Positions 9,225 to 11,336 of a stretch of 11,336 nucleotides of DNA are shown in pieces (within the stretch, counting starts at the first letter, position 1; each line of letters opens with the position of its first letter). The notes below the pieces were generated by a model. That model was not told the origin of the DNA. It did no database searches and saw nothing but the letters and a program-made list of their open reading frames with translations. A program made the translations under genes and the position numbers. Source of the stretch: Nitrospinota bacterium (lineage in GTDB: Bacteria; UBA8248). The stretch is from contig JAZAHK010000044.1 in assembly GCA_036231405.1 (NCBI GenBank), positions 1-11,336 of the forward strand, read 5' to 3'.

Positions 9225-10142
9225 ATGTTTATAGGGATAGATATTGGAGGAACAAATTTAAAATTTGCCACCTTCAATCTATCTGGAAAAATTATCACAA
9301 AAGGAATCCTCAAAACCAACACAAATAATATTGAGAAAAAAATTGAAGATTTTATCGATCATTCGAAAGAAAATTTTTTCAGGAACAAGGATGTAGAAGG
9401 AATAGGAATTTGTATTGCGGGATTATTGGACAAAAACAAGAATCTGCTCAATTCACCTAACCTTCAAAATTTTAGTTATTCCAGTTTCATTAAATTCATT
9501 AAAACAAAATTTAAAAATATCCCTATCAATATAATGAACGATGCCAATGCAGCCGCGATGGGCGAATATGTATTCGGATTTAAACTGAAGTATTCCAGTA
9601 TTTTTTTGCTTACTCTAGGTACTGGAATAGGGGGAGCATTTATTCAGAACGGTTCATTATGGGAAGGAAGTTTTGGAACTGCTTCTGAGATAGGACATAC
9701 GTGTATAGAGGCAGGTGGTCTTAAATGCAATTGTGGTTCTAACGGTTGTCTCGAATCTTACTTCTCTGGATGGGCAATCGAGAAAAAAGCGAAACAACAG
9801 GCAAAACTCTATCCAAATAGTAGAATTGGAAAATTAAATCAGTTTTCACCTCTAGATATATCTAAACTTTGTGATTCAGGAGACAAAAGAAGCAAACAAA
9901 TATGGAAATATGCTGGAGCATACTTGGGAATTGCATTGAGCAACATTATCAACCTCCATAATCCTGAAACAATCATTCTTGCTGGAGGCCTAATAAAAGC
10001 CAAAAACCATTTCCTTCCCTATTCTCTTAAAGAATGCGAAAAATTATCATTAAACGATCTCTTCAAAAAGACAAACATTAAAATTGGGAAACTTGGCATT
10101 TGGTCTGGAACCTACGGGTCTATTCAAATATTTGCAAATTAA
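9225..10142 (+). CDS. ROK-family sugar kinase (glucokinase-like)
   Basis: GIDIGGT, NDANAAA.GE, LTLGTGIGG, EIGH, CNCGSNGCLE zinc motif. No N-terminal HTH, so a kinase rather than a repressor. Confidence 0.92.
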   Translation: MFIGIDIGGTNLKFATFNLSGKIITKGILKTNTNNIEKKIEDFIDHSKENFFRNKDVEGIGICIAGLLDKNKNLLNSPNLQNFSYSSFIKFIKTKFKNIPINIMNDANAAAMGEYVFGFKLKYSSIFLLTLGTGIGGAFIQNGSLWEGSFGTASEIGHTCIEAGGLKCNCGSNGCLESYFSGWAIEKKAKQQAKLYPNSRIGKLNQFSPLDISKLCDSGDKRSKQIWKYAGAYLGIALSNIINLHNPETIILAGGLIKAKNHFLPYSLKECEKLSLNDLFKKTNIKIGKLGIWSGTYGSIQIFAN

Positions 10143-10155
10143 AATAAAATTTTAG

Positions 10156-10184
10156 TTGACATATTAATAATGTTAACCTAGATT
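10156..10184 (+). promoter_or_regulatory. sigma70 promoter of the DtxR-family gene
   Basis: Perfect -35 TTGACA (10156-10161), 17-nt spacer, -10 TAGATT (10179-10184). Confidence 0.75.
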
Positions 10185-10187
10185 AAC
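10172..10187. promoter_or_regulatory. candidate DtxR-family operator overlapping the -10 element
   Basis: GTTAACCTAGATTAAC, a 16-bp palindrome with one mismatched pair, directly upstream of a DtxR-family gene. Confidence 0.6.
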
Positions 10188-10222
10188 TATTTTAATTAAC
10201 CTTAACATATAAGAAAATATTA

Positions 10223-10732
10223 ATGACAGAGAAGAAAATACTCACTCCTAGTTTAGAACATTACCTTCGAACAATTCATGAATTAGAAAAAGAAAAAGGT
10301 TATGCACGTGTCACCGACGTTGCGGACAAACTAAAAGTTGCAAAACCAGCCGTTTCTAATGCCTTGAAAAAATTGATTGCTAACAAACTCGTAGATCACA
10401 AAATATATGAAAGTATCTTCCTAACAAAAAAAGGAGAAGAACAGGCAATTAATGTTTCTGGCAAGTTTTCTATTCTTGTAAATTTTTTAATCGAAATTTT
10501 AGGAATTGATGAAGAAAAAGCATTCTTAGATGCATGCCTCATAGAACATTATATTAGCCCTACTTCCCTAAATCGTTTTCTGGATCTTTTACGCTTTTTC
10601 GAATCGAAAGAGAATAGTGAATTATTAGAACTGTTCAAAAAATATCAAAGAGACTGTGAAAGCGATGACAATTGCCCTACTTGCAGCTTTCACTGCGAAG
10701 TAAGCACAAACGAGGAGTATAGATTAACATGA
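10223..10732 (+). CDS. DtxR/MntR-family metal-dependent transcriptional regulator with Cys-rich C-terminal tail
   Basis: SLEHYLRTI; winged HTH ARVTDVADKLKVAKPAVSNALKKL; LTKKG; DACLIEHYIS metal motif. No FeoA/SH3 domain. Tail CESDDNCPTCSFHC. Confidence 0.92.
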   Translation: MTEKKILTPSLEHYLRTIHELEKEKGYARVTDVADKLKVAKPAVSNALKKLIANKLVDHKIYESIFLTKKGEEQAINVSGKFSILVNFLIEILGIDEEKAFLDACLIEHYISPTSLNRFLDLLRFFESKENSELLELFKKYQRDCESDDNCPTCSFHCEVSTNEEYRLT

Positions 10733-10913
10733 ACAATGACAACATAGTAACTGCTGTCTCTCTCGGTATAGGGTTCAATATAACAACGACATTCAAATAG
10801 AATCATCGGAACTCTTTGCTAACACGAATACAGATTCAGTAAAGATAAAACATTTGAATGAGAATTATGTTTTGGAGAAAACTAAAAACGGGAAACTTAT
10901 TCTAAAGAAATAA
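10729..10913 (+). CDS. hemP: HemP/HmuP-like small protein, apparently frameshifted relative to its start codon
   Basis: Frame open 10740-10913 encodes ...IESSELFANTNTDSVKIKHLNENYVLEKTKNGKLILKK*, matching the HemP pattern S..LF....V.I.H....Y.L..T..GKLIL.K. No ATG/GTG/TTG precedes the domain in that frame. ATG 10729 (GAGGAG SD at 10712-10717; ATGA overlap with the regulator stop) is in another frame and ends at TAG 10798-10800. Confidence 0.7.
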
Positions 10914-10972
10914 TTTCTACTTTCAATACACCATGCAAGATTCTCAATTCAGGTAATTATACGCAGCCAAAT

Positions 10973-11002
10973 TTAAGAGGAAGGCTTTTATTAACCTCTT
11001 AA
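10973..11002 (+). promoter_or_regulatory. 8-bp inverted repeat immediately upstream of the fbpA/futA RBS
   Basis: TTAAGAGG (10973-10980), 14 nt, CCTCTTAA (10995-11002); SD AAGGA at 11004-11008; no U-tract. Confidence 0.5.
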
Positions 11003-11015
11003 GAAGGAAACAAAG

Positions 11016-11336
11016 ATGACCAGTTTTACAAAGAAAGTTGGATTAATTTTCATGTCAGTTTTAATTTCAGTATCGTCATTTGCAGCAAGTAAGGCGATGG
11101 CAAATAAAGAAGTAAATTTATATTCTTATCGTCAACCATTTCTTATCATGCCACTTCTCAATGAATTCAAAAAACAAACTGGCATAGTAACGAACGTTGT
11201 TTATGCAAAAAAAGGTATGCTTCAAAAAATAAAAGCAAAACCAGGTTCTGCTGACGCTGTACTAACGGTTGATATTAGTAGACTTAGCAAACTACAAAAA
11301 GCAGGTCTCTTACAACCTATCAAATCATCTACTCTG
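11016..11336 (+). CDS. fbpA: Fe3+ ABC transporter periplasmic binding protein (FbpA/FutA/AfuA), 3'-truncated
   Basis: Not in the ORF track. Translates MTSFTKKVGLIFMSVLISVSSFAASKAMA-NKEVNLYSYRQPFLIMPLLNEFKKQTGIVTNVVYAKKG...ADAVLTVDISRL...GLLQPIKSSTL and runs off the window. Sec signal with AMA cleavage site; SD AAGGA upstream. Confidence 0.9.
   Translation, partial: MTSFTKKVGLIFMSVLISVSSFAASKAMANKEVNLYSYRQPFLIMPLLNEFKKQTGIVTNVVYAKKGMLQKIKAKPGSADAVLTVDISRLSKLQKAGLLQPIKSSTL

Noticed and set aside
10725-10742. Selenocysteine or readthrough at TGA 10737 to extend the HemP frame, or fusion to the regulator
   Set aside because: Another in-frame stop (TAA 10725-10727) lies four codons upstream with no start between, and the regulator is in a different frame.
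10857-10948. Fur-box-like half-sites AATGAGAAT (10857-10865) and ATTCTCAAT (10940-10948)
   Set aside because: Each matches only half of a 7-1-7 Fur box and the first lies in the HemP coding frame; not enough to call, though Fur input at fbpA is not excluded.

Overview
AT-rich bacterial chromosomal window, densely coding; no rRNA, tRNA, CRISPR or mobile element recognised. Left to right: (i) the 3' part of a + strand gene, open from the window edge, ending in a class II (cytochrome c'-type) CxxCH domain; (ii) a tightly coupled - strand ABC operon of the GldA/GldF/GldG type plus a multi-repeat DUF4340 protein; (iii) an AcoX-like NAD-kinase-family gene (-), divergent from (iv) glycerate 2-kinase (MOFRL), a secreted DUF3047 protein and a ROK sugar kinase (+); (v) an iron module: a DtxR/MntR-family regulator with its own promoter and palindromic operator, then a HemP/HmuP-like small protein, then the 5' end of an FbpA/FutA-type Fe3+ ABC binding protein. 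The ORF track misses the last two. The iron module is the most interesting part: the regulator has lost the DtxR ancillary metal ligands and has a 4-Cys tail, and the HemP domain is out of frame with its apparent start codon. All family assignments come from motif recognition by eye, not database searches.
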